Shown one piece after another: positions 1 to 12,745 of a stretch of 64,000 nt of DNA. This stretch comes from Leucoraja erinacea (taxonomy: Eukaryota): the NCBI RefSeq assembly GCF_028641065.1, contig NC_073400.1, positions 5,084,001-5,148,000 on the forward strand, read 5' to 3'. The notes below the pieces were generated by a model. That model did not search any database. It was not told the DNA's origin and worked only from the letters and a program-made list of their open reading frames with translations. Position numbers and translations under genes: made by a program. Position 1 is the first letter of the stretch, and the number at the start of each line of letters is the position of its first letter.

Positions 1-99
1 CAATATATAAATGTAAATACAATCTACATTTCTGAAATTTCTACTTATTTATTAATGAACAAACACAACAATTAAGTGAATTACACTCCAGTTTACATT

Positions 100-2243
100 A
101 CAAAATGTTCCATAATGGTATATAATCTCCATTTTTTTTTCTGTCACTTCCTCTTTCTTTCTGCATGCCGTTTCTTCAGCACACCTTCTGCCGCTAAGAA
201 GACATGTCCTCATATGCTTCGCAGTTGAATTTTGACAGAGGAGGTCCCACCAACTTAATAAATAGAAGAGATGATCAGTTTGAAGTCCTGCATGTTGCGG
301 TGACATGCAGAAATTCATGCCACTTCTTTCACAATCTGCTGTTGATACCGGAATTGTATTTACAGCCGGTAGCAGCTGCTGAAAATCTGCAGAAACTACC
401 TCCCTTTACATTCCTTGAATTCTCTGAAGGCTCTGATACAAAGCCAACCATTTACCCAAATTGTTCTGCCATTTCTTCTACATCATTATCCCCAAAGGTA
501 AAAAATGAATCTTCTGGAATATTGTTAATATCTAAATATTTTAACTGGTTAATTAACTTTTTACATTTATCATTGGAAGCTGTTGTAGATTCAAGCAGCC
601 AGGATTTCATATTATTGACCAAACTCTTCAAAAAACAGTTGTCTATGTATAGTAGGTACTTTACCATCTCTCAAATGTATTCCATTAAATATCACCTGGC
701 TTGTTGATTTCTCCACTTGAGTAAAACATTTTCCTGGCTTCTCTATTTGACATTCAAGAACCTTGCTAGTTTGTTTAATTTCCTCATGTGTTTTACTAAG
801 TGTACAATTTTGGTTCTGCAGTTCAAGTGACAGTTCAGACAACTCTCTAGCAAACTGTCCATCCACAAGCCCAAATTATTTATGAAAGGCTGATGATTCT
901 AATACATTTTCAGCCCCTCGTACTTTGCTCTCTGTGCACTAAATCTTGAAGCATCACAGCTTGTTTTTCCAAAATGCTCCTAAATAACTTTACAAGACGG
1001 CCACATTGCTTTTACAGTTTGGTGAGACGAACTAACACATCTCACACTGAAAACACGACCAATTTTCAACAGTTGACAGTGAAGAGCCTCAGCGCATGCT
1101 CATCCTGATTCTTAAGAGACCTATGATATAAAGAATATAATTTATCACAAAATATCCGAAAATGATTCAAACCTGCAACTTCATTTATAGCATCACCTAC
1201 ACTGAGTTCAAGCCTGTGACTGGCACACTGCCAAACAGTTGCATTGGGGAAATCATCAAGAAGTAGTTTCATTTTGTCCTAGCATTACTGATGCACCATC
1301 AGTTACAAGTGATATCACATTTCCTTTTAGGTACTGTTTTGAAAAACCACCTCTTTGTAAGCAACTTAGAAGCCCATATATAGATTTTGCATTTGCACAA
1401 AGTTTCATATGTCTAAGTCAAAATAGAATGATATAGGTTAGGAAGATTCACCAACTGCTGCTCTGAAGCAGCCTACTAGAACAGTTTTGCAATTAATAGT
1501 AGTAGATTCATCAATCATAATAGACATTTTAGATTGTTTTGAAATTGTATGTTTCACCAGTCTTTCGCATCTGGTTCTTTATGTGGTGAGTAACATCTGC
1601 ACATGACTTACGAGTGTAGAACGTACCCTAAGTCGATGCTGTTTCTTTCTCGCAGTTCAATATCAGAAGACATATCTGTGTATGGCCTACCTTTGTACAA
1701 TATTATATACAGTTCTAAAAACTCGACCTGTTTTTGCTTTGTCCTTTTTCAGTGACATATACACTGCATTTTTGATTGCTTTTTTTTCCCAGCTGTATCA
1801 TTGATTTTTTGGCATCTGACATGAGCTTCACTATTTTTGTGCTTCAAAATCTTTTTTCTTAAACTCGTTAACTGTTTTGCTTTGTCATCACTCACTCGTA
1901 CTACATTAACACTGCACCACTCATGAGACAAATTAATTCCTTGTGTTCGTTCAAGTCCAAGATGACCACACTTGCTGCATACACTACATCCTAGTTTTCT
2001 GTTTTTAACAATTAGCCAGGGATATTCTTTCTTTTTGTTTAAGTACATTTCTTGTGTCCAACAGTCTGGAAGATCACATTTTTCAATATATTTTGAAATG
2101 TCTTCACATGCAGCATCAGGCGAAACAGCTGCATCAGTTACATTATCATTTTCTAGTAATTTAGCTTTCTTTACTGGCTGAGTGTTCATTATCATTTATT
2201 TCTTCATCGAACGCTGTCTTTTAAAGTATCTCAGTATGCTCAT
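100..2243 (-). pseudogene. Degraded hAT transposase, KIAA1586-like
   Basis: Fragments: PWLIVKNRKLGCSVC...SLRKKILKHKNSEAH, WQCASHRLELSVGDAI (CxxH), ELSELSLELQ, C-terminal PVSTADCER; multiple frameshifts and stops. Confidence 0.8.
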
Positions 2244-2717
2244 TTTCACAGGGGTACACAAATCTGAAATGTATAGATATTTGATAGTGATATATAACAA
2301 AATATTTCCGCTTGAACTATTGCTTTGCTAAATAACACCAGCCACAATAAAATATTCACCACTCACGATTTAGGCTGGAAAAAACTACTGGTACTACTTA
2401 TTTAATTTTCTCCCCACCCATTCTAATTTAACTGAAACACTTAATCTGAAAATGCAGTTTCTTAGTGGGGGCAGATAATAGAAAAAGTATTGAATTATCA
2501 CCCGGGTCTCCGGCGCTTCATTCGCTGTAGGGCAGCAACTCTATCGCAGCACCACCGTTGCTTTTATGTATTCCTCAGCTCATTTGCCCAGCTAATAAAG
2601 ATCCTGCTACAATTTTTAACAATCATCTTTGCTCTCTACAATACCACCTACTTTACTGTTATCTGCAAAAAACTTACTAATCTATGAGACACGATCTCCC
2701 ACGTACAAAACTATGCT

Positions 2718-2853
2718 TCTTCTTCTTGGGTATGGCGTGCACAGCCTAACGTTGTAGGACAACTTGTTCTATTTGATCTTATTTGATTGTGCACACCGGG
2801 TTGATTGCATTTGTCGAAACAGGTTCCACATGAAGGTTGCAATCTCCCACCCC
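2718..2853 (-). mobile_element. Ribozyme-headed short retroposon, copy 1
   Basis: (GAA)n tail; TSD aaaactatgct (2707-2717) / aaaaccatgct (2855-2865). Confidence 0.85.
2803..2853 (-). ncRNA. Degenerate HDV-like ribozyme, copy 1 (P3'/P1' disrupted)
   Basis: Same motif, but GGUCCGCCCU is replaced by GGAACCU. Confidence 0.6.
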
Positions 2854-3439
2854 AAAAACCATGCTGATGATCCCTGATCAGCCGTTATCCATGTAAATGC
2901 AGAGTTGACTGCTTTGATACCGGAGGGGTCCTATTCTCTCACCGGTCACCCTTTTCACCTTAATGTACTTATAAAATCTCCTGGGATATTTTATACAAAA
3001 AAAGTCAAAGTGCTGGAGCATCTCTGGAGGACATGGATACGTGACGTTTTGAATCGGGGCCCTTATTCAGACTGATCGTAGTGATGGAGGGTGGAGAGCA
3101 GGACAGAGCCTGATGAATGATAGATTGATACAATTGAGGAGGGTTTTGATCAGCAGTTGGGTGGACAAAACCCAGAGACTGGAAGAAGACAAAATACCGT
3201 GAGATAAGGAGAGGCAAGGCTCAAAATGTGAAGACAGAGGAAGGGATACAAGGGGAGGGGGGAATGGGAAAGGATTTTGTTGGTTAATTACCAGAGATTG
3301 GAGAATTCAACATTCATACCAATGGGTTACAAGCCAACCAAGTATATTAAGACCAAGGGAGAGGATAGGGCCTCTAGAGCAACACAGTTATCTATGTGTG
3401 GATCCATAGGAGGTGGGTGAATTGTCAAATGAATATTTT

Positions 3440-4520
3440 GCATCTATTTTTTCATGGAGAAAGACATGGGCGATAGTGAACCCAGATAATTCAATAGTGA
3501 TGTTTGAAGAGTCCACTTTACAGAAGAGGAGGTGCTGGAGATCTTATAACACATAAAGGATACATTATTGGGCCCTGATCCTGCACTGTAGGATATTGTG
3601 GGAGCTGGTAAAGAAATTGTGGAGCCCTTGGCAGTGATATTTGGATCACTGATCGCCATGTGATGTGCTGGAATACTGCAGGAGGGTGAATGTGGTGCCT
3701 CTCTTTGAGAAAATCTGCAAGGAAAAGGTTGGGAATTGCAGACTGGTAAACCAAACATCAGCAGTGGGTAAGTTTTTGCAGGGGAGTCTGAGGAACAGGA
3801 TCTACATGCACTTGGAAAGGCAAGGACTGATGAGGGGGAGGGGGGGGGAGGAGGAGGGGGAAGTCAGCATGAGTTGCTGCATGGGAAGCATTTTCACATA
3901 GGTGTCCAAAAAGGTTGATGACAGTGCAGAAGACATTGTCCACATGTCCTTTAGCAAGGCCTTGGACAAAGTACCATATGGTAGCCTGGTCTGGAAGATT
4001 AGATCCTATGGATCCGGGATAAACCAGCCAACTGAATGCAAAGCTTGACTTGAAGGTAAGAAACCAAGGATAGAAGTCTGCATGTAACATGTGCTGTGCC
4101 ACAGGGACAGTATTAGGTCGTTCCACAATTCAATATTTATCTTAACCATTTGTATATTAATCAGGTAGCATGGATAGTAAGTTTGTAGATGACCCTAAAA
4201 TTGGTGGTAAAGAAGGTTACCTAAGATTACAACATGATCTTGGTCAATGGGCAAAGGAATGGCAGATGGAGTTTAATTTAGATATATGGAGAAGTATTAC
4301 ATTTGGATTTGACAAACCAGAGACCTGGAGGTACAGGTACATTGTCCCATATAATTGGTGACACAAGTGGATGAAGAAGGCACTGCATTGAGCTGGATAT
4401 TGAATACAGGAACTGGGGCATCATGTTACATCTGTACCACTATTGTGGTCCTGTGTATAGTTCTGGAGGCCCAGCTACAGTATATGAAGGATCTCTTTAA
4501 ACTGGAAAAATCTTTTTTCG
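3440..4520 (+). mobile_element. Old CR1 LINE ORF2 remnant
   Basis: NVVPLFEK, GNCRLVN, KFVDDPKIGG, WQMEFN motifs. Confidence 0.8.
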
Positions 4521-5280
4521 AGGAGAACTTCTTCAAAGTTGGTATCCCTGGAAGTGAGGTGGCAAGGAATTTAAGTTAGTGAAACCGGAAAAACTACAAA
4601 TCCCAGAAATCTGAAATAAAATCAGAAACCGAAAGATCTTGAACCTGAAGCATTAACTGTTTCTTTTGCAACACATGTTGACTACCTGTTGAATGTCTAT
4701 TGCATTTTCAATCTGTATTCCTATCTACATAACCCAAAACAAAATGCTGGAGTAACTCAATGGAACAGGCAGCATCTCAGGAGAGAAGGAATGGGTGATG
4801 GTTCTGGTCGAGACCCTTCTTCACTGAAGTCTGGTCTCGACCCGAAACGTCGAGCGAAGAAGTGTCTCATCCCGAAAGTCACCCATTCCTTCTCTCCAGA
4901 GATGCTGCATGTCCGGCTGAGTTACTCCAGCATTTTGCATCTATCTTGGGTGTAAACCAGCATCTGCAGTTCCTTCCTCCACATCTTCTCAACGAAAGGT
5001 GCTCTAAACTCAGTTTTCCTTGGTGCGTCTCAGTGGGAAGAAATGTTTGAGGTGAAAATGCTCCTCTAAAGAAGTGTTGACAGAGATACATCATGAGATC
5101 CGAATCACACTTTATTCTCCAAGAATGTTTTGCATCATATGAGGAATTTCATTGGCCAGGTCAGACATACAATTAAAAGTAACAGAACACTCAAGAACAC
5201 ATTTTAACGAACGCCCACCACAGTGACTCCAACACATTCCTCACTGTGATGGAAGGCAAAATAAAGTACAAGTCCTTCCC

Positions 5281-5700
5281 TTAGTTAGGGCTTTATTCTT
5301 TGGAGCGCAGAAGGTTAAGGGGGGACCTGATAGAGGTCTTTAAAATGATGAGAGGGATAGACAGAGTTGATGTGGACAAGCTTTTCCCTTTGAGAATAGG
5401 GAAGATTCAAACAAGAGGACATGACTTCAGAATTAAGGGACAGAAGTTTAGGGGTAATATGAGGGGGGACTTCTTTACGCAGAGAGTGGTAGCGGTGTGG
5501 AATGAGCTCCCAGTGGAAGTGGTGGAGGCAGGTTCATTGGTATCATTTAAAAATAAATTGGATAGGCATATGGATGAGAAGGGAATGGAGGGTTATGGTA
5601 TGAGTGCAGGCAGGTGGGACTAAGGGGAAAAAAAAAATTTGTTCGGCACGGACTTGTAGGGCCGAGATGGCCTGTTTCCGTGCTGTAATTGTTATATGGT
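5281..5700 (+). mobile_element. Young CR1 LINE 3' fragment
   Basis: ERRRLRGDLIEVFK...FFTQRVV; TSD ttagtt; inserted inside another retroposon. Confidence 0.9.
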
Positions 5701-6210
5701 TAGTTCTCCCGCAGTCGTGGGCCTCGAGCCCCCATTGACGGGATGATCTTGACTCCCATAGCCTGCGGCGTTCGGGCCATCCGCGTCGAGGCGATCAAGC
5801 TCCCGCATCAAGGGGGTGTCAGCTCCCCCGCGCTGGACGATCAAACCTCACGTCGGGACTGGTCGAACCTTCCACGATATTGGAGCTCCCGACTCGGCCT
5901 CACCCGAGACTGCAAGTGCTTGGTGTTGGGTCCGCAGTGGTCGCGGTGGGACCCATCCCAGGCCCCGCGGTGGGGCTCACGACAGTCCGAGGCGGCTTCC
6001 AGCTCTGTCGACGGTAGGCCGCAGAGCCTGGAGAATGTGATCCGAAAATCAATCACATCTCCGGGAAGGTAAGAACCTGAAAAACAGTTCCCCCCTTCCC
6101 CCCACATAAAACAAACCGAAGAACAATAAAACAAAAACTTTTAACAAACTAAGAAATAACAAAGAGAGTGAAAAGACGAACAGACTGCTGGCAGGGCAGC
6201 CATCGCCCCC

Positions 6211-6224
6211 GCGCCCCCTGGTGG
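6211..6224 (-). promoter_or_regulatory. CTCF consensus site
   Basis: CCACCAGGGGGCGC, exact match to the CTCF core consensus. Confidence 0.5.
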
Positions 6225-6464
6225 TGCGGCCACAAGTGGTTAGACCATGTGGTGAGGTTAACAGTGACCGTCAATTTCTAAGCCTCAGAAACTTTCCAAG
6301 CATCAGGGTTTAGGAGTTGCTTTCTATTCTGGGAGAGTAGAATCCATCTCTATCCTTTACAGGAAACACCAAGCAGAAAGATCGCATAGATTTTTGAGGG
6401 GTTTCTGATGTTTGTGGGTTTTGTTGAATGCATCATATTGAAAACAGCGCAATTAAATCCTGGA

Positions 6465-6680
6465 TAGATACAAAAGGCTGGAGTAACTCAGTGGGTCAGA
6501 CAGCACCTCTGGAGAAAAGTAATAGGTGACATTTCGGGTCAAGACCTTTCTTCAGACTGAAGTCTCGACTCGAAACATCACCTATTCCTTTTCTCCAGAG
6601 ATGCTGTCTGACTTGCTGAGTTACTCCAGCATTTTGTGTCTACCTTCAGTTTAAACCAGCATCTGCAGTTCCTTCCTACA
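6465..6680. repeat. Inverted pair of Penelope terminal repeats
   Basis: Arms ~6465-6556 and ~6557-6642 are reverse complements; same arrangement at ~4737-4982, ~16834-17064 and ~26575-26760. Confidence 0.85.
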
Positions 6681-7644
6681 ACATTGTTAGCTGTGGCCTA
6701 GGTGAGAACGAGAACAGGCATGACTCGCATGACTTTTAAGCTGGTTTGACTTGGGAAGTGGGGCAATAGAGAATGCATGGTTACTTGAGGCTCTCAGTTT
6801 GAAGGGTCTCAACCTGAAAGGTCACCTAATCCCAGAAATGCTGTCTGACCCCCTGAGTTACTACAGCTTTTTGGGTCTATTTTCGGTTTAAACTGCATGC
6901 CCTCCTGTCAGTTCTTTATTTGTCCACCACTATCAACTATTAGATATGGCAGGACTACAGGCCTTTGATCAGATCAACAGACAATCTATCAAAGGACCCG
7001 GTGGGATCTACAGCAGATTGTTTGTTGCTCCTGATTCCATGTCTCTTGTATCTCCTTCGATCAGATCCATTGGTTGTGAGATTGCTAAACGCTGCCTATT
7101 GCATGCTGCTTTCTGTTTGCCTGTATTGCAGCTTTGCCAGGTTGGTAACACTTCATTGTTAGTTTTGCATGGTGCTACTCCCAACATGTTATGAACTCGT
7201 CTTTAAATCATGGTTGATCACCCGGCTTAATATTGATGGTAAAATCAGGGAATGTGCCCGGGCCATGTTAGAAATTGTGGGGGGTGTAGATTTCTGCCTC
7301 TGCTGTTGATTCACAACAGCTTATGGATACCCAGTTATGAGTTGCCAACTTTGTTCTGAGTTTTCTCTATCAGTGTTCCTCAGCTGTAGTTCATAACAAC
7401 TGTCCTCAGTATAACTGCAATGCCACAATAGGATGGAAACTTTCAACAGAGTGAGGATGGGAATTGTGGATATGCATGGAATGGAGGAATGTGGATCATG
7501 TACAGGCAAGAGTTTTGTTTTTAACGGCATCATATTCTGCATGGATATTGTAGACAAACGGCTAGTTTATGTGTTGTACCATTGTATGCCACCACAGTGT
7601 CTGTGCATGGTAATTTCTACCAATGTTGCCATGGATTGATGCAT

Positions 7645-7815
7645 CTGTAATTTCTACATGATGAAGCCAAAATGTATAAAAATAGCCGTTATTAAAATCT
7701 GTCAATTTTCACTTTAATCACGTGATTTTTTCCCAATTAAACATCTCAAATTGTGGAGTACAGCGGCAAATAAATAATGATGGGTCTTTGTCCCAAACAT
7801 TATGGAGGGCACTGT
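7645..7815 (+). mobile_element. Isolated outer right TIR of the same Tc1 family
   Basis: Reverse complement of ~18986-19160; ends ...ggagggcactg followed by TA. Confidence 0.8.
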
Positions 7816-7867
7816 AGATGGTAGAAAGGGGTGGGGATAAACTGGTGAGCAATAGGTGGATCCAGGT

Positions 7868-8590
7868 AGTCTGAACAAGGATCTCAACCCGAAACGTCAC
7901 CCATTTCTTCTCTCCAGAGATGCTGCCTGTCCCGCTGAGTAACTCCTGTATTTTATGTCTGTCCAGGTACAGAGGGTTGATTGGCAGATGTCGGGGGGAG
8001 AGAAGGGTGGAGATAGTTGCAAAGGCTGGAAGTGATGTGGAGAATGCATTGGGTTGCAGATGGGGTAATCCAGTAAGAAAGGAAGGTGAGAGATGGAATG
8101 GAAAATAAAAGTCATTGCAGGTAGATGAGAGGGGGAGGGACAAAAGTAAGGGTGGAAGGGAAATAGGGGACCCAAAGGAATGGGGTGGGTGATGAGCAGG
8201 AGGCGGAGAAAGGAACTGAAGTGATGGGGTGTGGAGTTACTGAAGGGACAGGGAGGATAAAGAAAGGTGTTTGTGTGAGAACCTGGATAGATCTGAAAAG
8301 AGACAAGTGTTCTACATGAAATTGGAGAAATCAACGTTCACGGCGTTGGGTTGTCGGCTACCCAAGTGGAATGTGAGATGTTCTTCCAGTTTGCGTGTGC
8401 TTCACTTTGACAATTGATGCAAAGGGCAGTAATGTTGGTATGGGGATGAGAAGGGGAATTGAAATGGCTTGAAACCAAGAGCTCAGGCTGATGCTGTTGG
8501 ACTGAGCACCAGTGTTTGGCACAGCAGTTGCCTGGTCAATGCTTGGTCTCACTGATGTGGGGGCCACATCATGAGCATGAAATGCACTAG
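7868..8590. mobile_element. Penelope-like remnant: plus-strand terminal repeat joined to minus-strand endonuclease fragment
   Basis: Same repeat family as 42085-42700. Confidence 0.7.
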
Positions 8591-10865
8591 GAGAGGGTTG
8601 GATTGGTGTGGAGTGAGTGGATGGCTGTATGTTCTAGGGGTGGGTTTGCAGTAGGCGAGGGAAGTGGAGATCAAGACAGTCAACATCACATAAGCAGTTG
8701 GAAATGAAAGAGAAAAAACAGAAGGCTAGAAGAGGTTGCCCAAAAGCAAGATACATGTTGGAGACAGAAGAAAGGGTCATCAGTAGCGTCAAGGAGTTCT
8801 CACCGACGATAAAGGCATGGAGGCGATGGTTGGGCTCGACCTCATTAAGGTGTAGGCATATGGGTACCAGGTTTGGCCTCTGCTGGAGACTCAGCAGAGG
8901 GGGAGAAGTTCCGGGGAAATGGAGAAGACACAGCAGGTATTAGAGCTGGGACTAGACAGGGGATCAGCAGAGTCAAGGGTGGTGGGAGGAGGGGAGCTCA
9001 GAGGAGTGAGTGGAGTGTGGGATGGTTTTAGGCTTGGGGGTGGAGGATGCAATCAATGACAGGGGAAGTGGTGTGGCCCGCTGGTGTCAGGCATCACCCT
9101 GGCAGTAGGAAATGAAAACGAGAAAGAGTAGGACGGACGGAATCATGTGTCTCCAGCTTTTAGCTTTTGTATTCTCCTTTTAAAAACAATGAAGTTACAT
9201 TTGCCATTTCCAACGCAAAGACACTGCTTCATTATCTGTATAATTGGGGAAGATGATGATTAGTATAATCATAAGATACGTATTGTGAGTTGGTGAATCA
9301 CCTTTCAAAAGATTATAAGTCTTCTGGCAACTCTGAAGGATCAACAACCATAAATTATTTCATGATAGTATAATCAGAAATGCATTATAGATATTATCAG
9401 ACTAAAGGGGTTGGAATGCAAGCTGAAGATAAAACCCAAGAATCTTCCAGTGATATTTGGAACATTAATGAGTACACCAAAAGTTTGTTTCTATATTGGC
9501 TTTAGCGGCAGTCAGCAACAATATGGTCAACAGAAACATCAGTTGGCAAATGAAGCTCAATGCCGTGTACGTCATGAATGAATGACCGAATAAGTTTATT
9601 GGCCAGGTATTCACATACAAGGAATTTGCCTTGATGCACAAGGAGCAGTACAACGTGGCAGCCATCGTCGGCGCCAGCAGCAGCAGCTACACCGCAAAGT
9701 CATGTGGCATGTCATTTTGTTGACATATAAACAGCTGTTAGATGCTACACACGTTAGTGAGCAAACCAGCCAGAACAGAAAGGATAATTGAAAATACCAG
9801 ATAAAGAAACCAATTCAGTTCAGATAAGATTGAGGCATTTGCAGTAAATATGGACTTGTGTGCTGTGACAATGTGGCATGATTAGTAAACCTAACCAAAC
9901 CAGAAAAACAAGAATTTATAGAAAAGGAGAAATAGAAAATTAGTTAGATGACACTGTGGAAGATCAAGATTTAAATTCATACATCAATTAAGCGTCAAAT
10001 TTAGGTGGAAGAATAAAATAATACATTGTGAATAAATGATCGTATTCATGGGATGGGGGTCTGCTGGCAAGAGCAATGCACACTGGCCAAAACATGTAAA
10101 TGCAGCAAGTCTGAAATACAAGCCGAAAAATTAGCCACATCACTGCTTCAGCCGCATACATTTAGTACAAACTGCCTTACTCAGCCAACACGTATCAAAC
10201 CATAAATATTTACTTAATAATGCACATAACTCAATAAATGTTAAACATTCAACAATCACAAAACACGTTCTTTTCACTGAGCATTTTACCAACAAAGTCT
10301 GAAGTTCACATGCAAATGAATACCATGATCACATGCACAAGAACTTTCTAAAATGTATATGTTCGTGGGAAGTGAATGTCACTGGCAATATAGGCATATA
10401 TAATCCTTCTATATTTGCCCTTGAACTGTGCAGGCAGTCACTATTATAATCATATTTTATTCCAATTGAGATGAATTTGTAAATTAAGTACTCAAGTTAC
10501 TTTTTGAAAGAGTGAGTATTTCACAGCACAGGGAAGCCAAAAACATTTCTCTGTACAAGGAGTTGAACAAGCCAGTTTGAACCTTACAAAGTTCCACAAA
10601 TATCAAGAGATGTGGCTATAAATGAGGGATATAATGTTAGTTGGTGGGACTTTCTGGACTATTTACTTGATAGACAAACTATATTAATAAAACCAGGAAA
10701 TGCTGGAAACTCTCAGCAGGTCATGTAGTATCTATGGAAAGAGAAACGGGGTTAACATATCACATCATTAGGGCATACCAGGCTCCCTTCAAGCTGAAAC
10801 TTTTCCCAGGTGCTGCAGGGCTGACCTCCCAAAGGTTTTAGCCATCAATGTGCATTATTCGACAA

Positions 10866-11680
10866 ACGGATAGTGAAGATGATTGTGAAAGATTGCAGCA
10901 GGATCTGGATCGATTGGCCAGGTGGGCAGAGGAACGGTTGATAGAATTTAATACAGAGAAGTGTGAGGTGTTGCATTTTGGGATGTCGAACAAGGACATG
11001 ACCTACATAGTAAATGGTAGGCCTTTGGGTAGTGTTGTAGAGCAGAGAGGTCTAGGTGCACGGTTCCTTGTAGGTTGAGTCGCAGGTAGATAAGCTTTTG
11101 GCTTTTTGGTCTTCATCAGTCAGAGTATTGAGTATAGAAGTTGGGAGGTCATGTTGCGTTGGTGAGAATATTTTGTTCAGTTCTGGGTACCATGTTATAG
11201 GAAAGATATTGTCAACCTTGAAAGGATTCAGAAAAGATTTACGAGGATGTTGCCAGGACTAGAGGGTGTGAGCTATGGGGAGAGGTTAAGTAGGCTGGGT
11301 CTCTATTCCATCGATCGCAGGAGGATGAGGGGGGATTTTATAGAGGTGTACAAAATCATGTGAGGAATAGATCAGGTAGATGCACAGAATCTCTTGCCCA
11401 GAGTAGGGGAATCGAGGACCAGAGAACATAGGTTCAAGGTGAAGGGGAAAAGATTTAACAGGAATCCGAGGGGTAACTTTTTAACACAAAGGGTGGAGGT
11501 AGTTGAGGCAGGGACTATCCCATCGTTTAAGACACAGTTAGACAGGTACATGGATAGGACAGGTTTGGAGGGATTTGGACCAAGCGCATGCAAATGAGAC
11601 TAGTGTAGCTGGGACATTGGACGGTGTGGGCAAGTTGGGCCGAAGGGCCTGTTTCCACACTGTATCACACTATGACTCTA
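10866..11680 (+). mobile_element. CR1 LINE 3' fragment
   Basis: LQQDLDRLARWAE...FNTEKCEVLHFG; CR1-type 3' UTR. Confidence 0.9.
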
Positions 11681-12329
11681 AATCAAGTTTAACTTCCTTG
11701 GGAGCAATACCACAACCAGATCAATAGAGTGTCAGCCAAAGATCATACTGCAACCTGCATTAAATGTCAAATGCATGCAGTAGATCACTTTGAAAATGTT
11801 ACTGTCATAGCAGCTGACTGAAGCAGCTGAACTCTGTTGGTGAACAAAATTGAATTATTCCACAAATAACTCAGTAGGATTACAGATTCTCTTTTCTCTA
11901 CATTTGGAGAGAAAAGACAGGTTAGCATTCAACTAACTTGCTAACCGAGCTACAGAAAAGGAATTCTCTTTAACACCTTCCATTTCTGTAATCCTTTCCA
12001 AATTTCCTTCAATTATGTGCTCTTGCACATCCCCATGTATTCATTGTATCCATTCAGTTGAGCAGGCTCAAAGCTCTGGAATCCCTTCCCCTTTCAAGGC
12101 CTCGCTAAAGAAAATTTGACAAAGTTAGTCCCCGTGTGTCCATGATGTGACTTAGTATCAATTAAATGTTCCCGTAATGAAACCAGGGGTAGTTTACATT
12201 AAACAATTATATAAATGTGTTCCTGTCAGCTGAATAAAGTCAATGTGCACTCCTGAAGAGTGGGGTCAAATGTACCAGTCACCTACAAAAATAATAACAG
12301 TTATATCTGTGGTTACCACGAGGTGCTTC

Positions 12330-12745
12330 TCTGGGGATTGTCACCTTGTCATGTGGAGAAGCTTGTGTGGACCTGAGAGTGATGCCGTCTGGAGCTATGC
12401 TCCTGGTAGGGCCACCCTTGGCGATGCAGTCGAGGGGGAGATCTCTGACAAAGAGCAATCCAACCAAGATCTCAACGGTGGAACAGGCGGAGCACGTTGG
12501 CTGACCTTAGTGGAGCGTCACAACGGCTGGGAAGGTGGATGAAGAGTGCAGCAGAAAAGTGTCTCTGGTCGTCTTGGACTTCATGCCATTGGATCCCGAC
12601 CCAGATGTGTCAGGAGCGTGGGGTGGCTGCCTGTGCACCAGTCTCCCCACGTTAAACAAAGTCACGCACAGGCATTTTCCATATAGGGAATAGCACCCTG
12701 GAGACACTCATGGTCAGCCATGACCGAAGGTGGCCTAAGACCCTA
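12330..12745 (+). mobile_element. RTE-clade (BovB/Expander-like) 5' domain fragment
   Basis: Motifs caccttgtc...gagctatgc...ggtagggccaccc...tgacaaagagc resemble RTE 5' UTRs as I recall them. Confidence 0.55.

Larger units (their letters stand above)
5110..6225 (-). mobile_element. Unclassified GC-rich non-autonomous retroposon, split by a CR1 insertion
   Basis: Shares the ccaccacagtga...tcactgtgatggaaggcaaa hairpin with ~13280-13605, ~31312-31730 and ~39650-39860, which carry (ATTGT)n-type tails. Confidence 0.6.
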
